From: Octopus vulgaris
Taxonomy: Eukaryota
NCBI GenBank assembly: GCA_951406725.2
Contig: OX597829.1
Span: forward strand, 36,332,001 to 36,396,000
Length of the DNA stretch: 64,000 nt
Reading direction: 5' to 3'
Shown here one piece after another: positions 43,797 through 56,820 of this stretch; positions within the stretch are counted from its first letter, which is position 1; every line of letters starts with the position of its first letter. The translations under genes were made by a program, and so were the position numbers. The notes below the pieces were generated by a model, which was given only the letters and a program-made list of their open reading frames with translations, did no database searches and was not told the origin of the DNA.

Positions 43797-43874
43797 ATAT
43801 GTATGTATATATATATATATATGCATGCATAGTTTAGGACAAACAGTAAGTCGTCATTATAGTAAACATATATG

Positions 43875-43880
<6 letters not shown>
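43541..43880. repeat. Three copies of a ~55-bp unit separated by (TA)n
   Basis: tgcatgcatagtttaggacaaacagtaagtcgtcattatagtaaacatatatg at 43541, 43690 and 43822. Confidence 0.92.
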
Positions 43881-43913
<33 letters not shown>

Positions 43914-43921
<8 letters not shown>

Positions 43922-44343
43922 ATTGGTGAATTGAAGAAATGGAGCTGAACGCAGATTGAACAGAAATCGCCATGGGCTCTTAGGAGCATAGTTCGATTTG
44001 TTTTTGCTCCGCCTCTGTTCTGTTTTTGTTTTTCCAACGGATTTCCTATTTTCTTCCTGAAGAGAAAGACACAATATGGTCCCATTATTCAATCGGATTT
44101 TGGTAATTTGTGCCTTTCGAAACACGTGTAGAATGAAATAAAACGATTTCTGTTCAATCTGCGTTCAGCTCCATTTCTTCAATTCACCAATAATGTTTTA
44201 ATTTCAATTATCCGCACCAACGCACGGTTGCAACACCATATGGTTGTACCTCCAACCGTGCTGTTTACTGCTGTGATTTTTGCTACTAAGGTATCGGTTA
44301 AACTTTTGATTAATCTACTACAAGATTATTCATCTTTCTATTT

Positions 44344-44347
<4 letters not shown>
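43914..44347 (+). mobile_element. Hammerhead-containing non-coding insert with an inverted 5' segment, between (TA)n arrays
   Basis: 43914-43970 is the exact reverse complement of 44144-44200. The hammerhead lies between the two arms. Confidence 0.78.
44047..44140 (+). ncRNA. Type I hammerhead ribozyme, intact core
   Basis: UAUUUUCUUC-CUGAAGA-GAAAGACACAA...UUGUGCCUUUC-GAAA-CACGUG-UA^GAAUGAAAUA. Stem I 9/10 paired, stem II GAAAG/CUUUC plus CACAA/UUGUG, palindromic stem III ACACGUGU, GUA triplet with cut after 44130. Confidence 0.88.
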
Positions 44348-44378
<31 letters not shown>

Positions 44379-44498
44379 TATATATATGTATGTATATATG
44401 TATGTATATATGTATATATGTATATATATATATATACATACACACATATATATATATGCATAGATACATACATACATACAGACAGACAGACAGACGTG

Positions 44499-44830
44499 AA
44501 GGTGAATTGCTCAATGGTTAGAGTCTCAGGCTCACAACCATGAAGTGAGTTCGATACGCGAGCTGTGTGTTGTGTTCTCGAGCAAGACACTTCATTTCAC
44601 GTTACTTCATTTCACTCACCTCTAGAAATGAGTTGTGATGTCACTGGGGTCAAGCTGTATTAGACTTCGCCATTCCTTTGGATAACATCGGCGTCATAGC
44701 GAAGGGAGGCTGGTATTCATCGATGATTCTTGTCTTCCATAAAATAACCTTGCCCGGACTTGTGTGACTTGGAGGGTAACGTCCTACGTGTAATTACGTG
44801 GACATTCGTGATCAAAGGCAGCTCTTTTCG
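44499..44830 (+). mobile_element. tRNA-derived SINE, family D
   Basis: Colinear with 18177-18506. Confidence 0.8.
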
Positions 44831-44941
44831 CTTTACCCTCTTTTTTACACTTTATATACATAATTATATCTTTACATATATATCTACATATGTATATATA
44901 TATGCATATGTATACACATACATGTATATAAATATATGTGT

Positions 44942-45349
44942 AGGAGTGGCTGTGTGGTAAGGAGCTTGTTTACCAACCACATGGTTCCGGGTTCAGTCCC
45001 ACTGCGTGGCACCTTGGGCAAGTGTCTTCTACTATAGCCCCGGGCCGACCAAAGCCTTGTGAGTGGATTTGGTAGACGGAAACTGAAAAGAAGCCCGTCG
45101 TATACATGTATATATATATGTGTGTATGCGTGTATATTTGTGTGTCTGTGTTTGTCCCCCAAGCATTGCTTGACAACCGATGCTGGTTTGTTTATGTCCC
45201 CGTAACTTAGCGGTTCGGCAAAAGAGACCGATAGAATAAGTACTGGGCTTACAAAGAATAAGTCCTGGGGTCGAGTTGATCGATTAAAGGCGGTGCACCA
45301 GCATGGCCGCAGTCAAATGACTGAAACAAGTAAAAGAGTGAAAAGAGTG
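44942..45349 (+). mobile_element. tRNA-derived SINE, family A
   Basis: Colinear with 5790-6190. Confidence 0.9.
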
Positions 45350-45674
45350 AAATATGTGTGTTTTTGTGTATGTGTGTCTGTGTGTGTGTGTATCTGTGTA
45401 TGTGTATACAAGGAGCCCAAAAGTAGGTTTACAGTTATTCAACAATCTCTTTCGCATTCATATATTAACAGTTTAGATCTTAATTATAAAAAACTATATA
45501 TGAAACCATTATTCTTTGCTAATTTAGTTTATTGCAAGAGAGAAATTTAAATGTAATAAAATGTTTTAAAAGAAACTTAAAGTGCCTTCATGATAACTGT
45601 AAACCTACTTTTGGGCCATCCTCTGTGTGTATATCTATATCTATATCTATCTATTTATTTATCTATCTATCTAT

Positions 45675-45716
<42 letters not shown>

Positions 45717-45736
45717 ATAGATAGATATATATATAC

Positions 45737-45787
<51 letters not shown>

Positions 45788-46354
45788 TATACATATATAT
45801 ACATATATATATATATATGTATATAAAAACACACACATAATATATACACACATATATATACATACATATATACATATTCATATATATATATATATATGTG
45901 TGTATATTGGCAGGGCAAGACTGCTAGGTAGTTGGCCGTATATACATATATATACATATATATTCATACATACATACATACATACATACATACATACGTA
46001 CATACATACATACATACATGCATTTATACATACATACATACATACATACATACATACATACATACATACATACATACATACATACATACATACATACATA
46101 CATACGTACATACATACATACATACATACATGCATTTATACATACATACTACGTACGTACATATATGGATATAGATATATAGATATATGCACACTGCAAA
46201 ACTTTCGACGAACCTGAAATGAAAACTGAAGCTGGACTTTTGTTTCACAAGACGAGTTTAATTCGTGACACCCGAATCACAACAAACTCTCACCTTCATT
46301 CTTAGTAAAGAGAAAGTATTCACATGTGTAGTGGGGATGCGTGTGTGGCTGTCT

Positions 46355-46690
46355 GTCAATCTGACCACTTCCTGTACCTAGCACCATCATGTCATCTGAT
46401 GTGGATTTTTAAACCAGACAATGTTCTGAAAAGTCACCTACACAGATTGAATATCCGATTTGGCCCACCAAGATCTGCAAATAAGTTCTGATCTTTGTGG
46501 ATCTTAACATGTCTTTTAAGGCCTCCTCTAAACTTGCAAACCTTCTGGCATACATTCCATTGAAAGGTGTACATAGACATATAGACAGAATAGTTGGTGG
46601 AGGTTCGCTTTCCATGGGTTCGCAAATGAGATTTAAGCCCTGCCCAAAAAAGGTATGATCTGCCACAAACTGTACACAGAAAATGATCAT
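46355..46690 (-). pseudogene. Decayed triple C2H2 zinc-finger coding fragment, probably the C-terminus of a LINE ORF
   Basis: One frame reads CTVCGRSYLFWAGLKSHLRTH...FQWNVCQKVCKFRGGLKRHVKIH...FNLCR*LFRTLSGLKIHIR*H. Non-TGEKP linkers and in-frame stops. Confidence 0.7.
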
Positions 46691-46717
46691 ATATATATAT
46701 ATATATATATGATCATT

Positions 46718-46766
<49 letters not shown>

Positions 46767-46767
<1 letters not shown>

Positions 46768-47166
46768 CGCAGGAGTAGGTGTGTGGCAAGTAGCTTGCTT
46801 ACCATGGTTCCGGGGTCATTCCCACTGCGTAGCACCTCGCGCAAATATCTTCTGCTATAGCCTAGGGCTGACCAAAGCCTTGTGAGTGGATTTGGTAGAC
46901 GGAAACTGAAAGAAGCCCGTCGTATATATGTATATACATGTATATATGTATGTGTGTGTATATGTTTGTGTGTCTGTGTATGTCTCCCTAACATCACTTG
47001 ACAACCGATGCTGGTGTGTTTACGTCCCCATAATTTAGCGATTCGGCAAAAGAACCGATAGACTAAGTACTAGGCTTACAAAGTATAAGTCCTGGGGTCG
47101 ATTTGCTCGACTAAAGGCGGTGCTCCAACATGGCTGCAGTCAAATGACTGAAATAAGTAAAAGAGT
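46767..47166 (+). mobile_element. tRNA-derived SINE, family A
   Basis: Colinear with 5790-6190. Confidence 0.9.
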
Positions 47167-47323
47167 ATATATATATATATATATATACAGATGTACTCAT
47201 ATAACTCATATTCTCAGTTCAACTGTAAATGCATATCCATATATATATTTATATGCATATATATATATGCACACATTTGATCTCATATACATATATACAT
47301 GCATGTACATATATATATATGTA

Positions 47324-47378
<55 letters not shown>

Positions 47379-47413
47379 AACATTTATATGTGTGTCTGCA
47401 TGTATATATATTA

Positions 47414-47499
47414 TGCTCTCCTCTGATGATTGTCTTTTATAATGATGTAATGTACTCATTCTTCATTAAAAGTTACTTACGAAACAGGTGTAATGAGCC
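47414..47499 (+). ncRNA. Degenerate type I hammerhead ribozyme
   Basis: CUGAUGA (47423-47429), long hairpin CUUUUAUAAUGA/UCAUUAAAAG, then C-GAAA-CAGGUG-UA. The core is retained, but the stem II base and stem I are eroded. Confidence 0.55.
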
Positions 47500-47769
47500 A
47501 ACTCCTATCCATCGTGCATATATATATACATACATACACAAATACATATATACAGAAATATATATTTATACTAGCAGAAATACCCGGCGTTGCCAGAGTT
47601 AGAGAAAATAATGAAATTTAAAAACGCCGTCTAGATTACGCCAGTATCAACTGCTAGTACATGAGACACCCACTTTCTACATTAATTACTCTCCAGCCTG
47701 TACCAGCATGGAACATGTTAAAAGAAAGTTTTCAGCTAATATATGTATATAGTAAATACACTTAATTCA

Positions 47770-48398
47770 AAAATTGGAGTCATCGGCGAATATTTTCAGT
47801 TTGCTGTGTTTGATGACGCTTGAAATGTCGTTAATATAGACTATAAACAGAAGTGGGCCCAAGATAGTCCCTTGAAGGACACCACTTTTGCTGGGCTTGA
47901 GTGGATTCCACCGATCACAACATGTGTTCTGTTCTCCAGGAAATACTCAATCCAGTGTAGTTGTTTTCCACGGATTCCAATATTTGACAATTTTTGACAG
48001 TAGGATATTGTGACCAGCTCTCTATCCAACGCTTTACTGAAGACAAGATATATGATATCAGATTTCGGACCTGATCCCAAGACTTTAAGGACATCATCGA
48101 TGGAATGTAAGAGCTGTGTTAGACAGTCTGCCGCAGAGAAAGCCATGCTAGTTTGAATTTAGGAAATTGTGGCTCTCCAGGAAGGGAGCTATCCTTGATC
48201 TCACCACCCTTTCAAACACTTTAGTGATATAGTAGGTGAGTGAGATTGCGCGATAGTTGACCGCGAGGGATCTGTTTCCCCGTTTGAAAACAAGGAGGAC
48301 AGACGGGGATAATAGCTGTTTCGGTATATGACCTGAGTTTAGAGTATTTCTCCAGAGATTGGTTAGAGGGACTGCATTCCTTCAGAGCACTAGCGGGG
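47770..48398 (-). mobile_element. Decayed CR1/Jockey-group LINE RT fragment
   Basis: NYRAISL, DCLTQLL, DIIYLVFSKALDR, IGIRGKQLHWIEYFLENR and KIFADDS motifs across frames. Confidence 0.85.
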
Positions 48399-48414
48399 AA
48401 TCTATCTATCTGCG

Positions 48415-48493
<79 letters not shown>

Positions 48494-48562
48494 TTATCTA
48501 TCTACCTGTCTATCTATACCTATGTATATTTATATATATATTATATATATATATATACATAC

Positions 48563-48612
<50 letters not shown>

Positions 48613-48697
48613 GGCACTCAACACGTTTAGTGAGAGTTAAATCTATGGATCAATTTTGAATCAAAATTTCCCCTGCCTGACGAAACTGTTTTGAACC

Positions 48698-48761
<64 letters not shown>

Positions 48762-48936
48762 ATAAATATTAGGGAATAAATCCAAATTTACAGGGAAAAA
48801 ATCAGATTTAAGATTAAATCCAATTTTATAGTAAAATATTATAAAATATTATTAGAGACAAAACCACTATTTTGCAAAACAAACAAGGAAAGACTTAATC
48901 AATACATAAAATTTTAATAAATAGTCAAAATATATA

Positions 48937-48972
<36 letters not shown>

Positions 48973-49123
48973 TGTATGTATGTATGTATGTATGTATGTA
49001 TGTATGTATGTATGTATGTATGTATGTATGTATAAAATTAAATAAGGGCAGAAACTGATATTAATCAATTAAAACCAGTGGTCTAGCATATTTTTAAAAA
49101 ATCCGAAGATCAAAATTTTTTAC

Positions 49124-49239
49124 ATACAAAATTTAGAGTACTGACCACTAAAAGTCGACACCCTGTATGCTAGATATAGACGTCTATATCTAGCATACAC
49201 GCTGTCGACTTTTAGTGGTCAGTCCTCTAAATTTTGTAT
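49124..49239. repeat. 116-bp spacerless palindrome in a (TATG)n/(TA)n-flanked insert
   Basis: Centre gac|gtc at 49181/49182, 58-bp arms with few mismatches. Confidence 0.9.
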
Positions 49240-49259
49240 ATATATATATATATATGAAA

Positions 49260-51336
49260 CACTAGGGAACATGAAAATTGGTGCCCGTGATATTAGACTC
49301 TTATTAAGTAAGTTTTGGTCTCTGATTCTAAATATGCCTTTAGTTTTTCTCCATTACCTCTGGATACTGAGATGTGATATACCCCAATTTTTTATGCATA
49401 CCAACAGTCGGACACTAGCACTGATGTCTACAAATTATTATTTTTGTCTTCTGGATTAATAAAACGAATTCATACATGTAGATTTTTTTTATTTATGAAT
49501 AATTTACATCAGAGAAGATAATAATGAAACAAGCGTAGAAAGTTGACATTGATACACTGTTCATTTACTCTGGTATCTCATAAAAGCGACGATTCCTTGT
49601 GGTGAGCTGCGCCAGGGCAACCACTTTGAATAGACCAGCAGTAATCCAATATCATGTAATCCACGTTCATCCTGCTCTACACTTGGATCACCAAGATTTT
49701 CTCGGAAATGATCCAAGTGGCTGTGGAGATAATACGCCTTGATACTCATTGTACAGCCAAGTTAACGGAAAGAAAATAGCATTCTCTGAACTAGCTCAGT
49801 GTAATTATCTGCTTTATATTCCTAAGCAAATTGTGTACAGTCATAGTGAAAGAAGACCATGCATCTGCTTCAGTATTGTGCATTGAATGTTTGGATCTTG
49901 CATGAGTTCTCTGATTTGCGGACCGTCAAAAATACCTGCCCTTAACTTCTTCACGCTCAGCGCTGCAATTTTCTGCAGATGTAGCCAAAGCATCTCCCCT
50001 CTTAGTTCAGAGCCTTTACAAAGCACTTCATTAAACTTAATTTGATGTACAATGGTGGTAAAATGATATTATTCTAGTCAACCAATGGTTCTGAAATTAC
50101 GTTCTTTTCTCCCACTATCATATTTTCTCTCAGAGACCATTGTATTCTCACCCAGTGCTCATCCTTAAGTCTACAATCCCAGAGGCTTATAAAGCAAGGG
50201 CACTTAGTGTATCTGCTCTGCTGGTCCAGGAGAAAATTCATCATCTTTAGATCCACACAGATTAACCACTTGTGATTATGGTATGATATTTTTCGTAGGA
50301 CCAGGGCAACTGTTTTTTTGCTCTTCAGTAATCTTAGTTGAGTGACCAATTGAGTTCGACCAATATTAGTTTCCATTGTATAGAAGCATACATTTTAAGC
50401 TCCGCTTAGAACTGTCTATAAACAGCCACCATTCACTAGGTAGATATTGTGATATAGCTATTTTCATCAGCAAGCCTTGCACATTGTTGCAAAAAGCAAA
50501 ATCACTTTCCTCATAGAAGAACGGCAGCAAATCTCATTCTCTACTGCGATAGTATGTGATTTTAATTTCCGGATACAATAAATTCTTTTCTGCTAGTCTA
50601 GACGCCAGCAATTCTATTGATTTCTTTGAGAGATTTAGTTGCCTAACGAGGTCATTGAGCTCCGGCTGATTAAAAACATGTGCCACTGATAAGGTCCCTT
50701 CAACATCACTGGCATTGTGACTGCTATTTACAGGTGAATAACAGGATTCATCTTCCTCGGGGAGCTCTTGTAGATTAATGAATGATGGGATGGATATTTC
50801 ATCTGAGCGTACAACAGATTGTTTTGCCGAGTCTAAATCAGGGTACATCCATTTACACCGATTACGTCCATTAACGCACTTTATGTTAACTAGACAGAAG
50901 TAACAATCTTCACTGTGATTCTTCACTTCTGAACACTCCATAGGTATACCAAATTTCAGACATTTTCTCGTACTATTTGTTCACTGCCGAAGGGGCTTAA
51001 TACAAGTTTTATAGACAATGTGTGGAGCCCATGTCTCATCTTGGTCCCCTAGTTTTATTTCGAAATAGCTTAAGTAGGCCTTTTCCACAAAATCAGAAAT
51101 AGATTTTCTCTGTTCCCTGATTGTATATTCAAGTATTTGTCAAATACTTTACAGACTATCTCTGATTCTATAATAACCCTGTTGGCAGACTATACCAGAT
51201 CCATGTGTGGGCAGCTGTACATTATCTCAAAAAGTAGAGCTGCTAAAAAGAAATGAAGGGCATGTTCTCATTCGGAGGCTAAAACCTAAGGTCTAAGACC
51301 TAAGGAACCCAAAATATATTTTATCTGTTGCCAGTG
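49260..51336 (-). mobile_element. Chapaev3-like (CMC superfamily) DNA transposon, full length but decayed
   Basis: Ends cactagggaaca / tgttgccagtg with flanks aaa / taa. Transposase motifs GDQDETWAPH, NHSEDCYFC, NQPELNDLVRQLNLSK, FIDSSKRSLK, ICVDLKM, YTKCPCF, GIFDGPQIRELM, HSHLDHFRENLGDPSVEQDER. Confidence 0.8.
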
Positions 51337-51553
51337 TAATCATTTCGGTGAATACTGGCTAACGGGCAGAATTTTTGTACCTGATTTATCTTCAATAAGA
51401 TATCTATCCATAAAAAAACTGAGTATCAATAAATTTTGTTACAGCGTGGAATTTACGATATTATATTTATGGTATACTAAGTAATTATATATCATATATT
51501 AGTATATACTAAAATATATCATAAATTCTAGACTTCGTCTGTTTATGTGTGTG

Positions 51554-51678
<125 letters not shown>

Positions 51679-51769
51679 GTATGTATGTATGCTATATGTA
51701 TGTGTATATATCTACACACACAGACATATATATATATAAGGTAAATGTAAGATAGATAGATGGGTGTCT

Positions 51770-51996
51770 GTCTGTCTTTGTGTCTGTGTTTGCCCCCCCC
51801 CCCCAGCACCGCTTGACAACTGGTGTTGGTGTGCTTACATCCTCGTAACTCAGCGGTTCGGCTAAAGAGAACGGTAGGATAAGTACTAGGCTCTAGCAAA
51901 ATAAACCCTGGAGTTGACTTATTTGACCAAAATCCTTCAAGGCGGTGCTCCAGTATGGCCGCAGTCAAATGAGTGAAACACGTAAGAGCTAAAAGA
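51770..51996 (+). mobile_element. 3' half of a family A SINE
   Basis: gcttgacaac...gcggttcggc...ggcggtgctccagtatggccgcagtcaaatgagtgaaac. Confidence 0.8.
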
Positions 51997-52059
51997 TACG
52001 CATCGTATTAATGTACATATGCAAGTCACAGCTAAAAGAGAAATATTTATATAAAACAA

Positions 52060-52571
52060 CTAGCAGTATTGCCCGGCGTTGCTCGGGTTTGTAAGGGAAA
52101 TAACTATATAAGCATTTTTAGAGAGTTACTTCCCTTATAGATGCCAATTCGGGCTTTCTTAGCCATTTCTGTTTTGGTGTCTTCAAGCCATGAAGTCGTT
52201 GTTCTAAAAGAACGCTGGTCTCCTTGACAACGCTTTACGACGTTGATTTCCTTACACTCCCTTTCCCACAGCTTCACGAGGGAGGGAAGAAGGGGAGAAG
52301 CAAACAAGTGCAGGTGTGACCATGGACGCCAACTCCGCCGCCATCGACACACGAAAAATTATGCATTAAAATGGAATAAAAAATGATGTTAAATTATTTT
52401 TAAAATCGTAGACTCATCGTAGACGCGCGCTAATACCCAGAAGGGCTCGATATGAATCACGACTATAAGATACCCGAATTTGGTTAAACAGCACCACAAA
52501 ATGTGGGAGTAGATAGGAATCTAAATCGAAGGGGACAGACACTCACACAACTACAGTTTTATATATATAGA
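52060..52571 (-). mobile_element. Non-autonomous Helitron
   Basis: Minus strand a|TCTATATATATAAAACTGTAG... ...CCCGAGCAACGCCGGG-CAATACTG-CTAG|t: 5' TC, 3' hairpin plus CTAG, inserted in an AT target. A similar 3' end occurs at 47571-47610. Confidence 0.82.
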
Positions 52572-53236
52572 TAATAGGTTGACGAAGCAATGAATTCGCT
52601 GACATCTTCATATATATATAAGATGATTTTTATATATTGTAGGTTGTTATTTCTGTTAATATCAATATTTTTGATGTTTTCTAGCTCAAGGTCAGCCTTG
52701 ATTGAGTAGATGTACGATAAAAGTTTCCCTCCGTGATAATTAGTATTTTCTTCGAAGTCTATACGATGCAGTTTCCGTTTTTTTTTTTTTTTTCCAGTAG
52801 ATTAGGATACAATCTGAGGATGATTTGACTGCTATTACTTAGAGGTTAATTGACCATATACTTCATTTCATTGTGACGTGTAATTAGAGTAACTTTGTTC
52901 AAAAATAAAACAGATGTAACTAATACGGCGTCACAGTTTAGATACCGTTGTCATCATCATCATCATCATCACCATCATCATCATCTTCATTATCATCAAT
53001 CACCGTTATTGTCATCATCATGAACAACAATTACTGAAACATCATCTCCATGTACATAATAAATCAAACCGTTTTATTAGAGTTAGATAAATAAAACCCA
53101 AAAGACGCAAGTTTATGATGAGAATGGTTATTATAACGTAAAATAAAATGCTTTATTCCGCAAAATTTCGAATCACCAACAGCAGGTCTGATCATGGACC
53201 TGTGTGAATTTAACACATAGGCTCAAAGTACGCATA

Positions 53237-53310
<74 letters not shown>

Positions 53311-53868
53311 ATTATCCCTCCATTCTTCTCTCCTTCTCATATGTGTATGTGTATGATGTAATACACCTGTAAACATATATTGTATATATTATATATATAT
53401 TTATATACACCCATGCATTTTACATGACCCTTACGTTTGATTAATATAATCTTGTGTGTGTATATGCATACTTACACATATTATGCACATATCTATAGTT
53501 ACACATGCACAAACATGTCTTTGCTAGATAATCATTAGTTACATTACTAGTATTAGTTTTACAATTTTCTTATTAAGCTACTCCTTCCTAATCTACCTAT
53601 GTAGTATACTAAAATGCAAATGAATAAGTAGCTAATACCTGTTTATGTTATTACAATGACTGTGTTCTTTTAGGCTCATGTTTAAACAATTTTGTTTTTA
53701 ATAATGTGCTTTTAAACTATTTACTGTGTACATGTATTCAACTATAGATTAGAGCATATCTTCGAAAGGTTCAACGTCTCTTTTTTAATACCTCTCTGAG
53801 ATTAGTGCCGTATTTAGGAATAATCTAAATAAGCTACACCCCTCAATCCAATGGTATTCAAAATTATA

Positions 53869-54097
53869 GGCGGCGAGCTGGCAGAAACGTTAGCACACCG
53901 GGCGAAATGCTCAGCAGTATTTCGTCTGCCGCTACGTTCTGAGTTCAAATTCCGCCGAGGTCGACTTTGCCTTTCATCCTTTCGGAGTCGATTAAATAAG
54001 TACCAGTTACGCACTGGGGTCGATGTAATCGACTTAATCCGTCTGTCCTTGTTTGTCCCCTCTGTGTTTAGCCCCTTGTGGGTAGTAAAGAAATAGG
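53869..54097 (+). mobile_element. tRNA-derived SINE, family B (full length)
   Basis: ggcggcgagctggcagaaacgttagc (A box region), gagttcaaattcc (B box). Other copies at 6456 and 26341, remnants at 63.4-64.0 kb. Confidence 0.9.
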
Positions 54098-56627
54098 TAT
54101 TCAAAATAACCATATGTTTTTTAATTTTTGCTAGACGTTCTGGTATATTTTCTTAATAATGGGTTTCAAAATTTTATACAGCTTCAGTATCGCATCAAAC
54201 TTCAATCCAGTGCAACAGTGCGTGCCTATTTAGTCATATACTCAGCCTATCTCCATGTCTGCTTGGATTGAGAGCTCATGATGGCTAAGCACTTTTATTC
54301 GAGAAGGAAGGTAACACCACAACGTACATAATTTTATGTATATATAAAAGAAAATGTAAAGCCAAATTTACAAAATAAAATGTAAATTGAAACTGAAAGA
54401 AACTATGTCAAATTACTGTTAGATTTACCCTGCAGTTGCTGTGTAAAAACTTATAAATCTTGAGGACGTTCCTAATTATATTCTGCCCGAAAAAAAGTAT
54501 AGTAGGGGAAAATAAAGAATGCCAATTGGTATGAAAATGGGAAAAAAATATTTATGTATTTACCCTTCCTATTAGCCAATTGTTAATTACTAACATTAAT
54601 AAATAGTTATTTTCATGGCACAAAGTTATGCATTCTGTATATCTACTTAATACTGAGTAAACTTTCAAAGGTGCAGAGAATACATAGACTATATTTGCTG
54701 GTCTATAACTTGGCGTACTGTCTAAAAATCGCCATCTGAAGTACATCATAACGTATATTATTATTGTGCAGAACCATATATATGTTATGAGTTTTGTGTT
54801 CCAGTCTTTAGTAATTTTATAAAAGTACGTTGATGAAGCCAAAAATTGTGGCTTAAAAAATAGTCATTCTGTACGTTTTCTTCCAATAGTTTGTGCACAA
54901 TTCATATTTAATAGTTCCTTTAAAACTATTAGATTCACGTCCACCATCTTATGTATTCGCTACTGCGTTAAAAAAGTCTTGTGGTCATATAACATTGTAT
55001 AGATTCGGTATAAGCGTCCATGTTTTTAGTATTATTAATATGAAAACATGATTGGATAATAAATTTTCCTCCATCTTGTAAGAATTCACTGTCTTTGGAA
55101 CATGAGTACAGTAAAAATTTTTTATAGAAATTTTCTTGAAATAAGCCGTATTTTGCTAGTGCCGTAGCATCCTTGCATAACAAGAAAACGTTGATGAATT
55201 CAGATAGCAAGAGCACAGATAACAATTCTAACTCTTTCAAAAGATTGGGCCTATTCAATGAAAAGAGCTTGGAAATATCAGTTGTTTTTGTAGCCACTGT
55301 TTCACTTCATTATCCAAAACATCATCAATTAAACTACGAAGAAATTTGATATCAGGTTTCATGGACATAATTCTACTCTTAAATTATTACAAACATAGTA
55401 ACTCATATACGAAGAATTTTAGTATATCTTACATCACCGAATACTAAATTTTAGACATAGCAAGGTATAAACACTCAAATTATCTTTGTTCAACTTTGAA
55501 AAGCTACTGATTTTCAACCGCCAAAACAAAATATTAAAAAGATACAAAAAAGAGCTCTTTTGTATAAGCGAAGGTACCGATTTACAATCATAATTACTCA
55601 ACAATAGGGTTAACGTAAACTACAAATAAGATAAACGGCTCACTATTATAATAATTATCATTATTATTTATTTTGTTGTACTGAACTTGGCCGCAATGAA
55701 CTCCTATTTCAGTTAAAGTAGATATCTAGATTTGTATAGTTTTATATCTTCAGAAACAAAGACACAAACACATTCATAAACATATATACTAATCCGTTCA
55801 AATATATACGCTGACGTTTAGATGGATGCATTGCATGTAGCAAATGGCTTCAAACACTACACTAACACACAAACACGAAAATATACACGCGTTGACATTT
55901 AAGCATTCATGAGAAGACGGACACATACATAGTAACACAAATATAAGAAGCAATGGTAATTTTATTCAAATCAAAATCGGTGGAAATTATTTATTTTCAT
56001 CTATATATTAAGGAAAGAAAACAAATAGCGGGTTTGCAAGACACAAAATGACGGTGAAGCTAGTAATAACAATATATTGAACGATTAACCAAGTACGTAT
56101 ATATATATATATATATATGCGTGTCTCTGTGCGTATACATGTATATAAATATAGACATAGGTATACACATACATACACACAAACATACACACACACACAC
56201 ACACACACGCATATTAGGGTGAAAAGTCATAAAATGAGCGACGATATATATTTATATATCAGAATGACGATATATGTTTATATATCAGAGATGACAGAGG
56301 AATAACCCATTATATTATGAATTTCATTAGCATACAGTGATAGAGAAGGTTTGATGAAACTGAAAGGTGTTACTCAGGCACTCAGTTATGAGCTCGCCGC
56401 ATTTTACAGGGGAAACAGTCGTAAACTAATGAAGTTCATACGATAATCGGTTATTCTTTTGTTATCATTTTTCTTCTTATTGATGTGTACCCGAGTAACG
56501 TTTCTTTTGGAAGCATACTTTAATTGAGTTCTATACCAGGCTATAAGTATTTATATACCTAAGGGAAACATATACACACACAAACACACACAGATATATA
56601 CATACATAAATACATACTTATACACAC

Positions 56628-56689
<62 letters not shown>

Positions 56690-56738
56690 GAAATAAGCAC
56701 ATATATGTGAAACAAGGTGGAAAACGAGTGCTCAAATA

Positions 56739-56820
<82 letters not shown>

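Noticed and set aside
43541-43880. Repeat-spacer pattern resembling a CRISPR array
   Set aside because: The spacers are just (TA)n, the context is eukaryotic, and there are no cas genes.
48670-48698. CUGACGAAAC as a hammerhead
   Set aside because: No stem II and no clear stems I or III. At best a collapsed remnant.
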